From Christensenellales bacterium (GTDB taxonomy: Bacteria > Bacillota > Clostridia > Christensenellales > UBA1431): 64,000 nucleotides of DNA. The notes below the pieces were generated by a model. That model was not told the origin of the DNA, did no database searches, and saw nothing but the letters and a program-made list of their open reading frames with translations. Position numbers and translations under genes: made by a program. Below are positions 38,606-48,906 of this stretch, piece after piece (the stretch's first letter is position 1; every line of letters begins with the position of its first letter). Location: contig JAXGXY010000002.1 of the NCBI GenBank assembly GCA_040772545.1, positions 166,521-230,520 on the forward strand. The letters run 5' to 3'.

Positions 38606-39358
38606 TTATTCCTTCTTGATGCGTTTGCGATATGCCTCAACCATGAAAGAATCGACATCATAGTATTTGCACTGGAAGAACTCGCATATCTTCTCCATCT
38701 CTTCTGTAGACTCAGCGCCGGCGTCAATAGCCGCTTCAACATCAGGAGGAATGTAATTGGGATCACTGTGGACTTCTGCCATCAGCTGAAAGCATTCTCG
38801 CAGAAGGAGACAAACAGGTATCTCTAATTGTTCGGCAACATCGGCGATGGCATAACTGGTGTCAACGTCAAACCCATATTCCTTTGTAGCGTCCTCAATT
38901 TCCATGAGATAATCGAACTTCTTGCCTGAGAGGAAACCATCTTCCTCCAGTTCGCGAAAGTAAGTATCGGCTCTGCTTTCTGGCTTGTTATCGCTGAAAT
39001 TCGACAACTGGAATTTATTGTTTGGAATACTCTTTGTACCTTTCCGGATCTCACCGGGCGTACAATCATGATACGTCCTCATTGCCCGCGTAAATGCGGA
39101 TTGATCGGAGTATCCGAGATCCAAGGATATGTCACAAATGGATTTCTCCAAATTCAACTTAAGTTCCTGACCGGCAAAGAAGAGCTTGCGCTCATTGATA
39201 TAGTGGAACAACGTTTCGCCGGTGAGCACTTCGAAGCACTTCCCGAAGTGGCTACTGTTGTACCCAATTTCGCTGTAGATGCCCTTTTTAATGTTTTCAG
39301 CGTCTTCATGAATATGGGTATCAATGTAATCCATGACTGTGTCAAACTTGTTATTCAT
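38606..39358 (-). CDS. AraC-family HTH regulator with an unrecognised C-terminal domain
   Basis: SICDISLDLGYSDQSAFTRAMR...TPGEIR. Confidence 0.8.
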   Translation of the reverse strand: MNNKFDTVMDYIDTHIHEDAENIKKGIYSEIGYNSSHFGKCFEVLTGETLFHYINERKLFFAGQELKLNLEKSICDISLDLGYSDQSAFTRAMRTYHDCTPGEIRKGTKSIPNNKFQLSNFSDNKPESRADTYFRELEEDGFLSGKKFDYLMEIEDATKEYGFDVDTSYAIADVAEQLEIPVCLLLRECFQLMAEVHSDPNYIPPDVEAAIDAGAESTEEMEKICEFFQCKYYDVDSFMVEAYRKRIKKE

Positions 39359-39463
39359 TAGCAAGCTCCTTTCAACTATGTGATTCTATTATTGCTTGCT
39401 TTTTTGCATTTTACTTGACACACAGCAAATCAAAAAAGTCAAAATGTAGTTCCAGAACCCTGC

Positions 39464-41557
39464 TCATGGTAAAAACTCCGACGGCTGACCATAGCAATAG
39501 ATCTGAGCCGATTCTTGAGCGCGGGTGAGAGCGACATACAGTAGGCAACGCTCCGCCGCGATGGATTCTCTTTCGGCGATAACATCCGTATGGATAATCG
39601 CCGAGGATAGTGGCAGCACGTTTCTATTCGCTGCGACAACAAAGACATGCCGAAATTCAAGACCTTTGACACGGTGCATTGTTGCCATGCGCACGCCGTC
39701 ATACCCCGGATCGTCAAGTTTACTGCGCCTGATTTCATATGTGCGAATACCACGAGCAGTCAATCCTGCGATGTATCCGTCAAGGAGCGGGTGAGTTCTC
39801 GTCACTATGCAGATATCCTTCAAGGCAACGCCGTTTGTCACCATGTCGTTAAGCGTCCCCACCAGATAATCGAGTTCCTCTGCTGCGCCGGAGAATTTAT
39901 GGATTTTAGGTGCGGTACCGTGTGTCAGAGACTGGCATATCCGGCCGTCATCGTAATCATCATCCAAATCATCGAAATCAATACCCTTCAGAAGTGCAAA
40001 GGCATATTTTCGGATTTCCTCTGTGGTGCGGTAGTTTATTCTCAGAAGGCTGCTGCGTCCGCGCACATTTACTCCACACTTTGACAGAGTGACCTTCTTA
40101 TTATAAATCCGCTGATGAGAATCGCCCACAATGAACATATCATTTCTGTGCTCTTTCCCGGCCAAAGCACGAAGAAGCCGATAGGCAGACATGCTGAAAT
40201 CCTGTCCTTCATCGACGATTATGCTCTGATACTGTGATGCAGGGCCTTCTTTTTCAATTAAAAGGCGGCTTTCGAATAAAGCAGATTCCACATCTCTTAT
40301 ATGCCGTTCCTTCAGCAAATTCTTGTATTCTTCAAACACATGCCAAACCTGCATACGTTTCTTTCGGTCAAGGCGCGTACCTCTACCCAGCCGGGACGCC
40401 TTTGCATATGCCTCAAGGGTAAATGCCTCCTGTGTAGCTACAACTTTTGCCCATTCTTCAGAAAAGAAGGATACCGGCAGGCCTAAATCCTCACCGGACA
40501 GCGCGACGGCTTCTTCCCATACGCCATCCAACACATTATCATAAACAACGGTGTTAGGGTATCCGTGCTCACGGAGAAACTGCGATACCCACGCATCAAG
40601 ATTAATTACGTCAATACGGCGCTGCTCATCCAAAGAGCAGATTTTGCGAAGGGAATCCTTTATGTCCGCAGCAAGATTCGCAGTAAAAGTAGTGAAAAGG
40701 ATGCGTTCTTTTCCTTTTAACCGTGCAGCCAGCCATTTTGCTCGGTGCATAGCGACAACGGTTTTCCCGGTGCCAGCTCCGCCGAGGACTCTTACGGGGC
40801 CTGAGTAATCCTTTTCGACAATTTTCCGCTGCGAGGGATGCAGGAAAACGCGCCATTTTTCAAGCGGCTCAGACATGATCTTCCGAAGTTCGTCCTCACC
40901 TTCGACAATAACAAATGCGCTCCGACTTTCTGGCTTTTGCAGGGCTTCTGCCAAATCGCCTGTCTGAATGCTGCTGCTGTGGTTGACGCGATACAGGTCG
41001 AGCACCTCTTCTACGGAAAAGCCGTTTACCACCCACTCAAGATTTTCATAAGCATCAACAGGAAATGCGCTTTTGCTCTTGAAAAACACCTCTTCGCGTG
41101 GAATGCTTTTCACGAAAGTCAGCTGCTCTTCTGGTACGCCAAGCGCAAGAAGGTCAGCGTCTGATATTTCTGCAAAAAGCCCGAAATCCTTAATGACAGA
41201 TGGTATTGGTTCACTGACTTCTTGAATATCAAATACTTGAACGCTTCCCGTGCTTGGGTTGATGGCGCACTTCTTCCGTTTTGCCCAATCGTATGCCTCA
41301 TCGTGATGGTCCACCCAAAGAAGTAGATATACTCCACTTTCTTTCTCTCTGGCGACGATACCGCGATAGGTGTCATCTATTCGCACAGAACAGATTTTAC
41401 TGTCTGTCGCATTATTGATTTTCTCATAATTGATGCCCGGAGCGGTTGGATTATTGCGAAATTTGTTGATGAAGTCCGTGACCTTTCCCTGAACTTGCCG
41501 TGGCAACGCAGCAAAAGCCGTCAGAAAGTCGGACGAAACTGCAATTGTGTTGCTCAT
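39464..41557 (-). CDS. UvrD/SF1 helicase with an N-terminal RelE-like domain
   Basis: GGAGTGKT, VDEGQD, VGDSHQRIY, INYRT, HRVKGLEF and YVALTRA; N-terminal SVRIDDTYRGI...WVDHHDEAY. Confidence 0.88.
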   Translation of the reverse strand: MSNTIAVSSDFLTAFAALPRQVQGKVTDFINKFRNNPTAPGINYEKINNATDSKICSVRIDDTYRGIVAREKESGVYLLLWVDHHDEAYDWAKRKKCAINPSTGSVQVFDIQEVSEPIPSVIKDFGLFAEISDADLLALGVPEEQLTFVKSIPREEVFFKSKSAFPVDAYENLEWVVNGFSVEEVLDLYRVNHSSSIQTGDLAEALQKPESRSAFVIVEGEDELRKIMSEPLEKWRVFLHPSQRKIVEKDYSGPVRVLGGAGTGKTVVAMHRAKWLAARLKGKERILFTTFTANLAADIKDSLRKICSLDEQRRIDVINLDAWVSQFLREHGYPNTVVYDNVLDGVWEEAVALSGEDLGLPVSFFSEEWAKVVATQEAFTLEAYAKASRLGRGTRLDRKKRMQVWHVFEEYKNLLKERHIRDVESALFESRLLIEKEGPASQYQSIIVDEGQDFSMSAYRLLRALAGKEHRNDMFIVGDSHQRIYNKKVTLSKCGVNVRGRSSLLRINYRTTEEIRKYAFALLKGIDFDDLDDDYDDGRICQSLTHGTAPKIHKFSGAAEELDYLVGTLNDMVTNGVALKDICIVTRTHPLLDGYIAGLTARGIRTYEIRRSKLDDPGYDGVRMATMHRVKGLEFRHVFVVAANRNVLPLSSAIIHTDVIAERESIAAERCLLYVALTRAQESAQIYCYGQPSEFLP

Positions 41558-44500
41558 AATGCGCTCCTTCCATCAAATATCTCTTTTGTTAGTTCACTGT
41601 CAGCTGTAAGCACAAGCCAACCATGTGCTTCAAATGCCGTGCTTTCAAGTTGTTCCGGTAGAAGGAATGCTATTTTTTGCGCTTCCCATGCCATCTCAGC
41701 CTCCGCAATTACCTCGCCGGATTCATCAGTCAGTTCAAACCCGACGATGGACGGTGCCGGGATACCGAGTTCTATCATCTTTTCAGCCATTGCTTTTGCT
41801 ATGGCATCGAGTGTTTGTTCGAGCGCCTCTGCCCACGCGGTATCTTCTGTGGCTATTGACGGTACTGGGCCATCTATATTCTGCGTACTCGGCAAGGCGT
41901 GGTAAACGCCTGTATCTATTCCGGTCGTAGATACAGCAGCGAATCCGGGTAGGTACTGCATCACATTAAAGAACTGCCAGAAGCCGTTCCATTCCTCTGA
42001 ATACTTATCGGTTCGACCTTCTACACCATCACTTAATACTGCAATGACGCGGTAATCGGCATCAGACCTCTTCACTCTCATATCTGTCGTCCCTACGCCC
42101 GCCAGTACCTTAAGGCAGGCATTCGACTGTCTCGGCAGCCATTTTCCGAAAATGGTGTCTTCAAGCACATAATCATCATAAAAATACGCAAGAGACGACA
42201 GAACCGGTTCCATAAGTTGATGCCACTCGTTGAACGCAGATGCTTTACCAACCATAGACATATCAAGAAGCGAAAGCGCATAAGCCGTGGCATGAACAGA
42301 GTACACACGTTCAGCGTCTGAGAGCTCCAAATACTTGACTAGAAGCTCCATAGGCGATGCAACATCCGGCTTAATGGATTCCGCGTGGCCGTTAGCTACC
42401 GTCGGCTGATAGACTTTTGACCCCGAGGGCATCTTTTGAGGAAGCAGTGTGGCTGTCGCGTACTCATTTTGGACATGGAATACTGACTCCACATCTCTCC
42501 AGCTCAAGGAGAACACACGGAATCTGCCGCTACGACGAATTGCTTCTCTTTTCAGTGTGTCATCTGCAACGATATCTTTGTGATAAAGGAAACCATCTGT
42601 AAACACTGCAACCGGCTTCTGGTCACCGGTACCGCGAATCGGCCAGATGACGAAGTCCGGCTTTGAGGGGACGGCTACATTATAGGAGCCGTCCAAATAC
42701 ACCTGCGGCTCGATCTCCCATATACTGTCACGAATTTTCAATCGATAGCCTTCTTTATTGTTGACCAGCTCTTTCGTGATGGTGATTGGCCGCGAATCTG
42801 TGCGCATGCGGTCGAGAGCCTCGACAAATCGGCGCTCCAGCTCACTCTCAAACAGACTATTGACGGGGATGTTGCTAAGACAGGGTATTTCTTCCACATT
42901 TCCCTTGCCGCTGAGAATAGTTTTTAAAAGCTCTATGGCGACCCTTCTGGATATCTGACCGATTTTTTGACTCTGGCGATACGCATATAGGCAATGATAA
43001 CAGCCATCTTTCTGCGGGTCTTCCTTACAAGAGCAGTTTTCAAGCACCTCAAGTGCTTTCTCAAACACCTCAATCAACGCATTTTCGTGTTGGAGTAGCT
43101 GCTTCAAATAACCCGTGCCTCCGGGAACGGAGTCGTATATGACAAGATACTGCTTTCTATAGTCAGCGTCCTTTACTGGGACCTCACTGATGCAGGCACG
43201 AAGGTGGTCGACATTGCCGAAATACTTTCTCATTCCAAGCATAAATGCTGCCGTGAACGATTCCTGGCGCACATTGCTTGAATCCATTGTTGTCGCCGGG
43301 ACGAGAATACGAATGGCTTCTGTGGAGAATTCTCTGTACAGAAAGAGGCATTCCTCAAATGGGTCAGAGGAGTCAGCGGGCATATTCTTGGCCTTGCAGG
43401 TGAATGTATGGAGTGGTTTTCCACTCTCAGGCTGAATCTTTCCGCAGTGTTTGCATATTTTGAAGCCGCGCCGAATATCATCAACACCAGCAATCAGCAG
43501 CTTTTCACCGACGACATCACTCTCGCCGAAGTTGATTTCACGCATAGTCGCTTTTCGGACGAATTCATACCCGAAAGTGAACTCGTCATTGTTCATGCTA
43601 AAGGCTTTTGAGATGTCGTGCTCCTCGTCCACATCAATAAGCATCTGCTTGCAGTAGAAGGTCGCCGCACGGTCGTCGCTTTCATCGTATATCAAGCTGC
43701 GTGTATAATCGTCATTGGAATAGACCATCTGCACCTTGAGCATCGTCCGCACCTGCCCAGAATCCGACCATGCAGGGCTGCCGCACTGTGGGCAGGAGGA
43801 TACATCCTGTCCGTGGACTTCGCGCTGTGCATGGGAACAGTTGGGGCAAAGTCGCCACAGCTCCGGCTGAGCAGTAGTCAGGTCAACTTGGTCAATCGTT
43901 AGTTTTCGACCATCCACATAGAAGGTGTTCATAGGTGCAAATTCGCTAATGGCAGAAGAAGCAGAGCGGCTGTATTCATATACCGTTCTGTCATATTTCT
44001 TTTTGGCACTGTCGGGTGTCTCACCATCTGTCTCCAGTCTTCTGCGTAAGACAGCCTTTAACACGATGCCTGCTTCCGGGAAGGCATAGTTCGGCAGCAG
44101 TCCTTCATCTGACAGAAAATTGAATACATTTTTGTTGTTAATATTGCGTACCACATTACCGAGAGCAATGCGTTCCATTTTGAGCTCTTTGATTTCCGCG
44201 TCATAGGAGCTATCCTGCGGCTTGCTTTCCAACTCTTTAATCAGTTTGCTAAGCTGTTTGATATTCTTGGAGATAGCATCCTTCTGCTTTTTCTGGTCTT
44301 CGAGTGCCTCAAATATCCGCATATACATGGAACTCTGCTTCAGACGGTTGCCCTCCGCGAACTGTCGCAGCTCACTGCGTACATCATCGTCCAAATACTG
44401 AGAAAACATTTGCAGGAATGTCCTCAACAAGCTTGAAAGGTTACTCTGAACAAATGCCAGATAATTGAACGGAAATACATCCTTGGAGCGGGTCTCCAGT

Positions 44501-47500
44501 TTAGCAAGGCAGGTACTGAGCTTGTCCGGGATGGATGCTTTCGTGGCACCTCGCTTTACCCAGCAGTCGAGACAGTAGGCAACAAACTGTCGTTCAAGCA
44601 CAGCCGACGCGCGGAGGAATACAGCCGGAGGCTCTACAGTACCGGAAATCATCTCCATCGGGTCTTCATAGAAAAACAAATCGTGAGGCCGCGCATTGGC
44701 GACTGCCAGTGTAAGCGCATTACCGTCTTTACGTCCAGCACGACCGGCACGCTGCAAGAACTGCGCTTGTGCCGGAGGAATGCTGCACATAATGACGCAG
44801 GAGAGGTCACCGATATCAATGCCCATCTCAAGCGTTGGAGTGCATGAAAGGACGTTTGTATCCCAAGGCATCTGTTCTGTGATGGTTCGTTTGAAGATTT
44901 TTTCTAATTCTTCTCGGTCATCACGCTCCAGAAGCCCTGTGTGTTCTCTGGCTATGGTACGCACTAAATCTCCACCGCTGTACAACTTGCCGTAATAACC
45001 GAGTGGGGCGTCACTATCTGCACTGCAGTGACCGCTGCATTTACTTCTTTGGCAGGGAGCACCATCCCATATCTCGGCGTTCTCAGATGCCACGGCGAAG
45101 ACGCTGCCGCAAGTATCACAGACAAGCTGCGTAACGCCGGTAGTGACGCGAAGTTTGGACTTGTTCAGTCCCCAGACGGAATATCCATTTCCGGCTGGCA
45201 TAGCAGTAATATAGCTACGCTTGGTGAGCTCTGTAAAGATAAATCCGGAAATCGCAGAAAACACCTCACGTCCTATAAAGAATTCGTCAACGCAGCTTTC
45301 TATCCAATTGACGTACTTGGGACTGCTGACGGTATCAAATGAAAGGAGTCTACTGCCGCCGGTATGCTCACATATAAAGCGCGGCGTGTTTCGGCCGGAC
45401 TGCAGTCCCGGGAGCCAGCTGTGGCGGTCATTTGAGAGTTCCCAAACCTTACCGTCATTACTCGTGAACTCATCAAATGCTGGGTCGCAGAACGCGCCGT
45501 TCATGCGCATCAGATTCAAGAAGATAAGTACCATACGCTCAAAGGCAAGGGTGCTTGTCCCGCTCAGCGCGCTGAGCTCATTGACAGTGCGCTCCTTAAC
45601 AGCGCTTGCAATTTCTGAAATGTCATCAGTATCATAATACAGTGTGGAGCAGCCGGATTTCTCCAATGTGCGGCCAATTCGACCGGCAACGCCGTACTCC
45701 AGCATAAGCTCATATCCCAGACGCTTGTCGATATCTGAAAGGAGCTTGCTCTCCAGCTTTCCACTGCCAAAATGCCCAGATGAGGTCATATCCTCATAGG
45801 CTTTCATCCACGTCATATTTGGCGCGATAAAACGGCTGACATATTCCTCCGTTGAGAGTGCATCACGCCAATAGCGAATAAAACCACGGGTAAATTCGTC
45901 AAAAGTCTGGCCATCACCGCCATTCTGCGCGTACCTTTGGATTGAACTTCTAAGTCCGAACCGCCATGTACGCGAGTTGAAGAACCCGGCTCTGTGAGCG
46001 GCGTCTTGTACGTTATCCGAAAAAGCGAGAGCTTTTTTATCATCATTGAATTTGGAGGCGAACATCTGCGAGATGCTTACACTTATGGCGGTCGCACTAC
46101 GCAGGCCGATGATTGACAGGCCACGCCGACTGCCGCAGTAGGGGCAAACGTACTGCTTGTTATCCTTTGACCCACCGGTGTTGAGAGCCAGCGGGATGGC
46201 AATCTCTATCGTCTTTTCTCCGCATGATGGGCATTCCTCGTGGGAGCCGTCTCCGACCTGCAACTGCATACAGTTCGGGCAGAGTCGCGCAGCCGTCATG
46301 CTGTAAGGAATATCATCGTGGTCGCATGGGAATAGCATACGAATCTTTTTGTCAGCTTTGAAGTACAGATTATAAAATGTTGACAGGTCGCCCATTGTCA
46401 CATTTCCGCGCTCGTTAGCCATTGAAACCCAACCAGTCGCACCGCAGTCGCGGCAGTTCACCACCGGCAAATAGTGTTTTGCCTGCTGGTCGTTTAAGTC
46501 TGTCGAAAGCGCATATGTAATATCGTCCGCAGAGACCTTTGCCTCCAAGCGCCGCAGTTCACGAAACCACAGCTGCGTCTGCACATTGAGGAACGGACGC
46601 GGATGTAGTGTGTCACCGATTCTTGCGTGCGAGATAAGAGCGAACAGTGCGTCAATCGCAGTTACAGCATCAGGCAGTGTCGACAAAGCAGGATATTTTG
46701 TTGCAAGAGTCCCGCAGATAACGGAAGTCTGCATATATTTGTCTGCCATCAGTGTAAGCAGGCTCTGGGTGAAGCTATGATCCATCAGCATTTGACCCAG
46801 TGCCAGTCGAGCTTCGATGGAGTTGATATTCTCGGGCGGATTGGAGAGCCATCCTGCTGCCGCTGTGCACAGATAGCTTTGCTCATCGTCGTTTTCTATG
46901 CAGCCAAGCAGCGCGGTAACATTTTCACTGTCCGGCACACAGTAGTCTGATGTGTCGTGACCGGCAAAAAACTCGTCGGCAGACAGCCTGTCCTCGGTGA
47001 TGACAGAGTTCTCTTCAAATGGCTCACCGAACACCTTCTGTGCGTACTCTCTCATGCCAGAGGATGAGTCCTTCGCGCCCATTGTAGCGGAAGTGCCGAC
47101 GCAGCACAAAAAGCCGGTAGGCGTGAACAGCCTTGCCTTTAAGCGCCTGAGGAGGCAGGCAAGGTCTGTACCCTGTGCTCCGTCAAAGGTGTGCAGTTCA
47201 TCTACAGCGATATATTTCAATACTTCCGGGCCGTTCTCTTCCCAGAGCGTGGCGTCCTCGGGACGCACGAGAAGATAATCCAGCATTTTGTAGTTGGTCA
47301 TCAAAATATCCGGCGGAGCTCCGCGCATGGTTTCCTTGTCCGTAATTACCTGCGTTTCGCTCATCATGCGTCTGGGCATGTGCTCAAAGCCGCCGATAAA
47401 CATCCCCGCCGTAACATTACCCCGCAGCTCCGGACTGTTATAGATAAGCCCGGCGATACGTTTCGCTTGATCTGACGCCAAGGCATTCATAGGATAGATT

Positions 47501-47883
47501 ATAAGGGCTTTTATGCCGCGCTCACCGCGATGCTGATAACAGTACTCCAGAATAGGATAAAGGAAGCACTCCGTTTTGCCGCTGCCGGTACCCGTTGCGA
47601 TCAGCGTGGAGCGTCCATCGTTGCCGCAGAGCCGCTCATAAGCTTTCTGCTGATGTACATAGGGCGCAAAGCTCGGATGCACGGCTTCAAACAGTTCCGC
47701 TGCATTCTCCGCAGTCCGAAACGGAAGGCGCACGGCAGTATAGGGCTCGTGGAAAACGGAGTCCTTAGTAGCCAGCATTCTCCCAAGCGAACCACGGAAC
47801 GCATGGTTCGTCATGGGGAATGTGGTCTCAATATAGTCAGCAAGCCCCTGCTGAAGCTGCTTTGCAAGTACGGATGGCAGCAT
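41554..47883 (-). CDS. Giant YprA/DUF1998-type DEAD/DEAH helicase with C-terminal PD-(D/E)XK-like nuclease (DrmA+DrmB / DruE-related)
   Basis: TGTGSGKTE, YPMNALA, DELH, TPTLEMGIDIG, QRAGRAGR, IYDSVPGGTGY..CSC..GCYHC, ESELE..KPDF..TDGFLYH; several CxxC pairs. Confidence 0.9.
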   Translation of the reverse strand: MLPSVLAKQLQQGLADYIETTFPMTNHAFRGSLGRMLATKDSVFHEPYTAVRLPFRTAENAAELFEAVHPSFAPYVHQQKAYERLCGNDGRSTLIATGTGSGKTECFLYPILEYCYQHRGERGIKALIIYPMNALASDQAKRIAGLIYNSPELRGNVTAGMFIGGFEHMPRRMMSETQVITDKETMRGAPPDILMTNYKMLDYLLVRPEDATLWEENGPEVLKYIAVDELHTFDGAQGTDLACLLRRLKARLFTPTGFLCCVGTSATMGAKDSSSGMREYAQKVFGEPFEENSVITEDRLSADEFFAGHDTSDYCVPDSENVTALLGCIENDDEQSYLCTAAAGWLSNPPENINSIEARLALGQMLMDHSFTQSLLTLMADKYMQTSVICGTLATKYPALSTLPDAVTAIDALFALISHARIGDTLHPRPFLNVQTQLWFRELRRLEAKVSADDITYALSTDLNDQQAKHYLPVVNCRDCGATGWVSMANERGNVTMGDLSTFYNLYFKADKKIRMLFPCDHDDIPYSMTAARLCPNCMQLQVGDGSHEECPSCGEKTIEIAIPLALNTGGSKDNKQYVCPYCGSRRGLSIIGLRSATAISVSISQMFASKFNDDKKALAFSDNVQDAAHRAGFFNSRTWRFGLRSSIQRYAQNGGDGQTFDEFTRGFIRYWRDALSTEEYVSRFIAPNMTWMKAYEDMTSSGHFGSGKLESKLLSDIDKRLGYELMLEYGVAGRIGRTLEKSGCSTLYYDTDDISEIASAVKERTVNELSALSGTSTLAFERMVLIFLNLMRMNGAFCDPAFDEFTSNDGKVWELSNDRHSWLPGLQSGRNTPRFICEHTGGSRLLSFDTVSSPKYVNWIESCVDEFFIGREVFSAISGFIFTELTKRSYITAMPAGNGYSVWGLNKSKLRVTTGVTQLVCDTCGSVFAVASENAEIWDGAPCQRSKCSGHCSADSDAPLGYYGKLYSGGDLVRTIAREHTGLLERDDREELEKIFKRTITEQMPWDTNVLSCTPTLEMGIDIGDLSCVIMCSIPPAQAQFLQRAGRAGRKDGNALTLAVANARPHDLFFYEDPMEMISGTVEPPAVFLRASAVLERQFVAYCLDCWVKRGATKASIPDKLSTCLAKLETRSKDVFPFNYLAFVQSNLSSLLRTFLQMFSQYLDDDVRSELRQFAEGNRLKQSSMYMRIFEALEDQKKQKDAISKNIKQLSKLIKELESKPQDSSYDAEIKELKMERIALGNVVRNINNKNVFNFLSDEGLLPNYAFPEAGIVLKAVLRRRLETDGETPDSAKKKYDRTVYEYSRSASSAISEFAPMNTFYVDGRKLTIDQVDLTTAQPELWRLCPNCSHAQREVHGQDVSSCPQCGSPAWSDSGQVRTMLKVQMVYSNDDYTRSLIYDESDDRAATFYCKQMLIDVDEEHDISKAFSMNNDEFTFGYEFVRKATMREINFGESDVVGEKLLIAGVDDIRRGFKICKHCGKIQPESGKPLHTFTCKAKNMPADSSDPFEECLFLYREFSTEAIRILVPATTMDSSNVRQESFTAAFMLGMRKYFGNVDHLRACISEVPVKDADYRKQYLVIYDSVPGGTGYLKQLLQHENALIEVFEKALEVLENCSCKEDPQKDGCYHCLYAYRQSQKIGQISRRVAIELLKTILSGKGNVEEIPCLSNIPVNSLFESELERRFVEALDRMRTDSRPITITKELVNNKEGYRLKIRDSIWEIEPQVYLDGSYNVAVPSKPDFVIWPIRGTGDQKPVAVFTDGFLYHKDIVADDTLKREAIRRSGRFRVFSLSWRDVESVFHVQNEYATATLLPQKMPSGSKVYQPTVANGHAESIKPDVASPMELLVKYLELSDAERVYSVHATAYALSLLDMSMVGKASAFNEWHQLMEPVLSSLAYFYDDYVLEDTIFGKWLPRQSNACLKVLAGVGTTDMRVKRSDADYRVIAVLSDGVEGRTDKYSEEWNGFWQFFNVMQYLPGFAAVSTTGIDTGVYHALPSTQNIDGPVPSIATEDTAWAEALEQTLDAIAKAMAEKMIELGIPAPSIVGFELTDESGEVIAEAEMAWEAQKIAFLLPEQLESTAFEAHGWLVLTADSELTKEIFDGRSAL

Positions 47884-47908
47884 ATGTACGCCTCCTTGTT
47901 ATCACTGT

Positions 47909-48901
47909 TTATAGATAGATGTTTGACTGTATTGGCAGTATTGGCCTTAGCGGTGGTCTTTCAAGCAATTCCTTTGTCGGACTCTCAGTGCGTATGTCCC
48001 CAAGATATTTGACACTTTCAAATTTCGCAATTTCATGTTTGCTGCTAAAATCAGCCCTGTTGACTTTCGTGAAATCAAATTGTTTCTTCTGGACAAGAAC
48101 GCTTAAAATAAACGTTGGAGGTGACTGGACTTCGCTGTACTCACAATATCCATTAAAAATCGCCTCGGATATAACATCATGATTATCTGAGTCGAACACA
48201 AGTCCCAACACCCTGACAGTCAAATCCATTATGATGCCTTCATAGATTTCCAGCATGTCTTTTTGTGAGAATTGTTTTGCCACAATTTCATTATTTTTGT
48301 TCACTGCCCACTCTTTTATTTTTGGTATATCTTCAAACGCTGGGAACTGATAATCGATAACCAGCCGCTTATCTGCACGATGATGCTTTACGGAAAATTG
48401 CGTCTCATAGCGATGAACGCCATCAACCGAATAGTTATCACCCTCGATAACGAAAGTATAATAATTCCTGACTTCAAGCGGACTACCATTCAGAAACGCC
48501 TTTTTTTTGCTGTCAATTTTAGCCCTTAATCGCTCATTGAAATTGTTGCATTGTTCACGCTTGTGTTGATTGATGGTATCTATTTGCACTTGAAGACGTT
48601 TCATTTCTGCTTTTATGCGCTCGTCTATTTCAGCTTTCTGGGCAGGATTGAGTTGAGCTTTAATCCTTTCCGCAAGTCCAATATGAAGTGATTTTCTGGC
48701 TTCTCCTTTTGAGACGTCTTTCGCAGGCCGATATTGAAGGCAGTCGCGCTCGAATATACCCCTGTAGTAGTCCTCCGGACTATATGAGGAATAATCATAA
48801 CGCAGCTTTTTATATGAAAGGATTCGCTGATGTTCCCATTGAGTGCGCTCTGCCGCCTCAAGCTTTGCTTGCTCCTTTTTTGGATTAACTTCAGCAGGCA
48901 T
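47909..48901 (-). CDS. Hypothetical protein resembling the N-terminal region of Mrr-type endonucleases, lacking the catalytic domain
   Basis: Coiled coil, LVIDYQFP, YEGIIMDLTVR..VFDSD...IFNGY; AT-rich. Confidence 0.5.
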   Translation of the reverse strand: MPAEVNPKKEQAKLEAAERTQWEHQRILSYKKLRYDYSSYSPEDYYRGIFERDCLQYRPAKDVSKGEARKSLHIGLAERIKAQLNPAQKAEIDERIKAEMKRLQVQIDTINQHKREQCNNFNERLRAKIDSKKKAFLNGSPLEVRNYYTFVIEGDNYSVDGVHRYETQFSVKHHRADKRLVIDYQFPAFEDIPKIKEWAVNKNNEIVAKQFSQKDMLEIYEGIIMDLTVRVLGLVFDSDNHDVISEAIFNGYCEYSEVQSPPTFILSVLVQKKQFDFTKVNRADFSSKHEIAKFESVKYLGDIRTESPTKELLERPPLRPILPIQSNIYL

Positions 48902-48906
48902 CCCAA

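Noticed and set aside
41554..47883. Canonical Druantia or canonical DISARM call
   Set aside because: No recognisable DruA-D/H partners, and DrmA/DrmB are not separate genes, so it is only reported as related.
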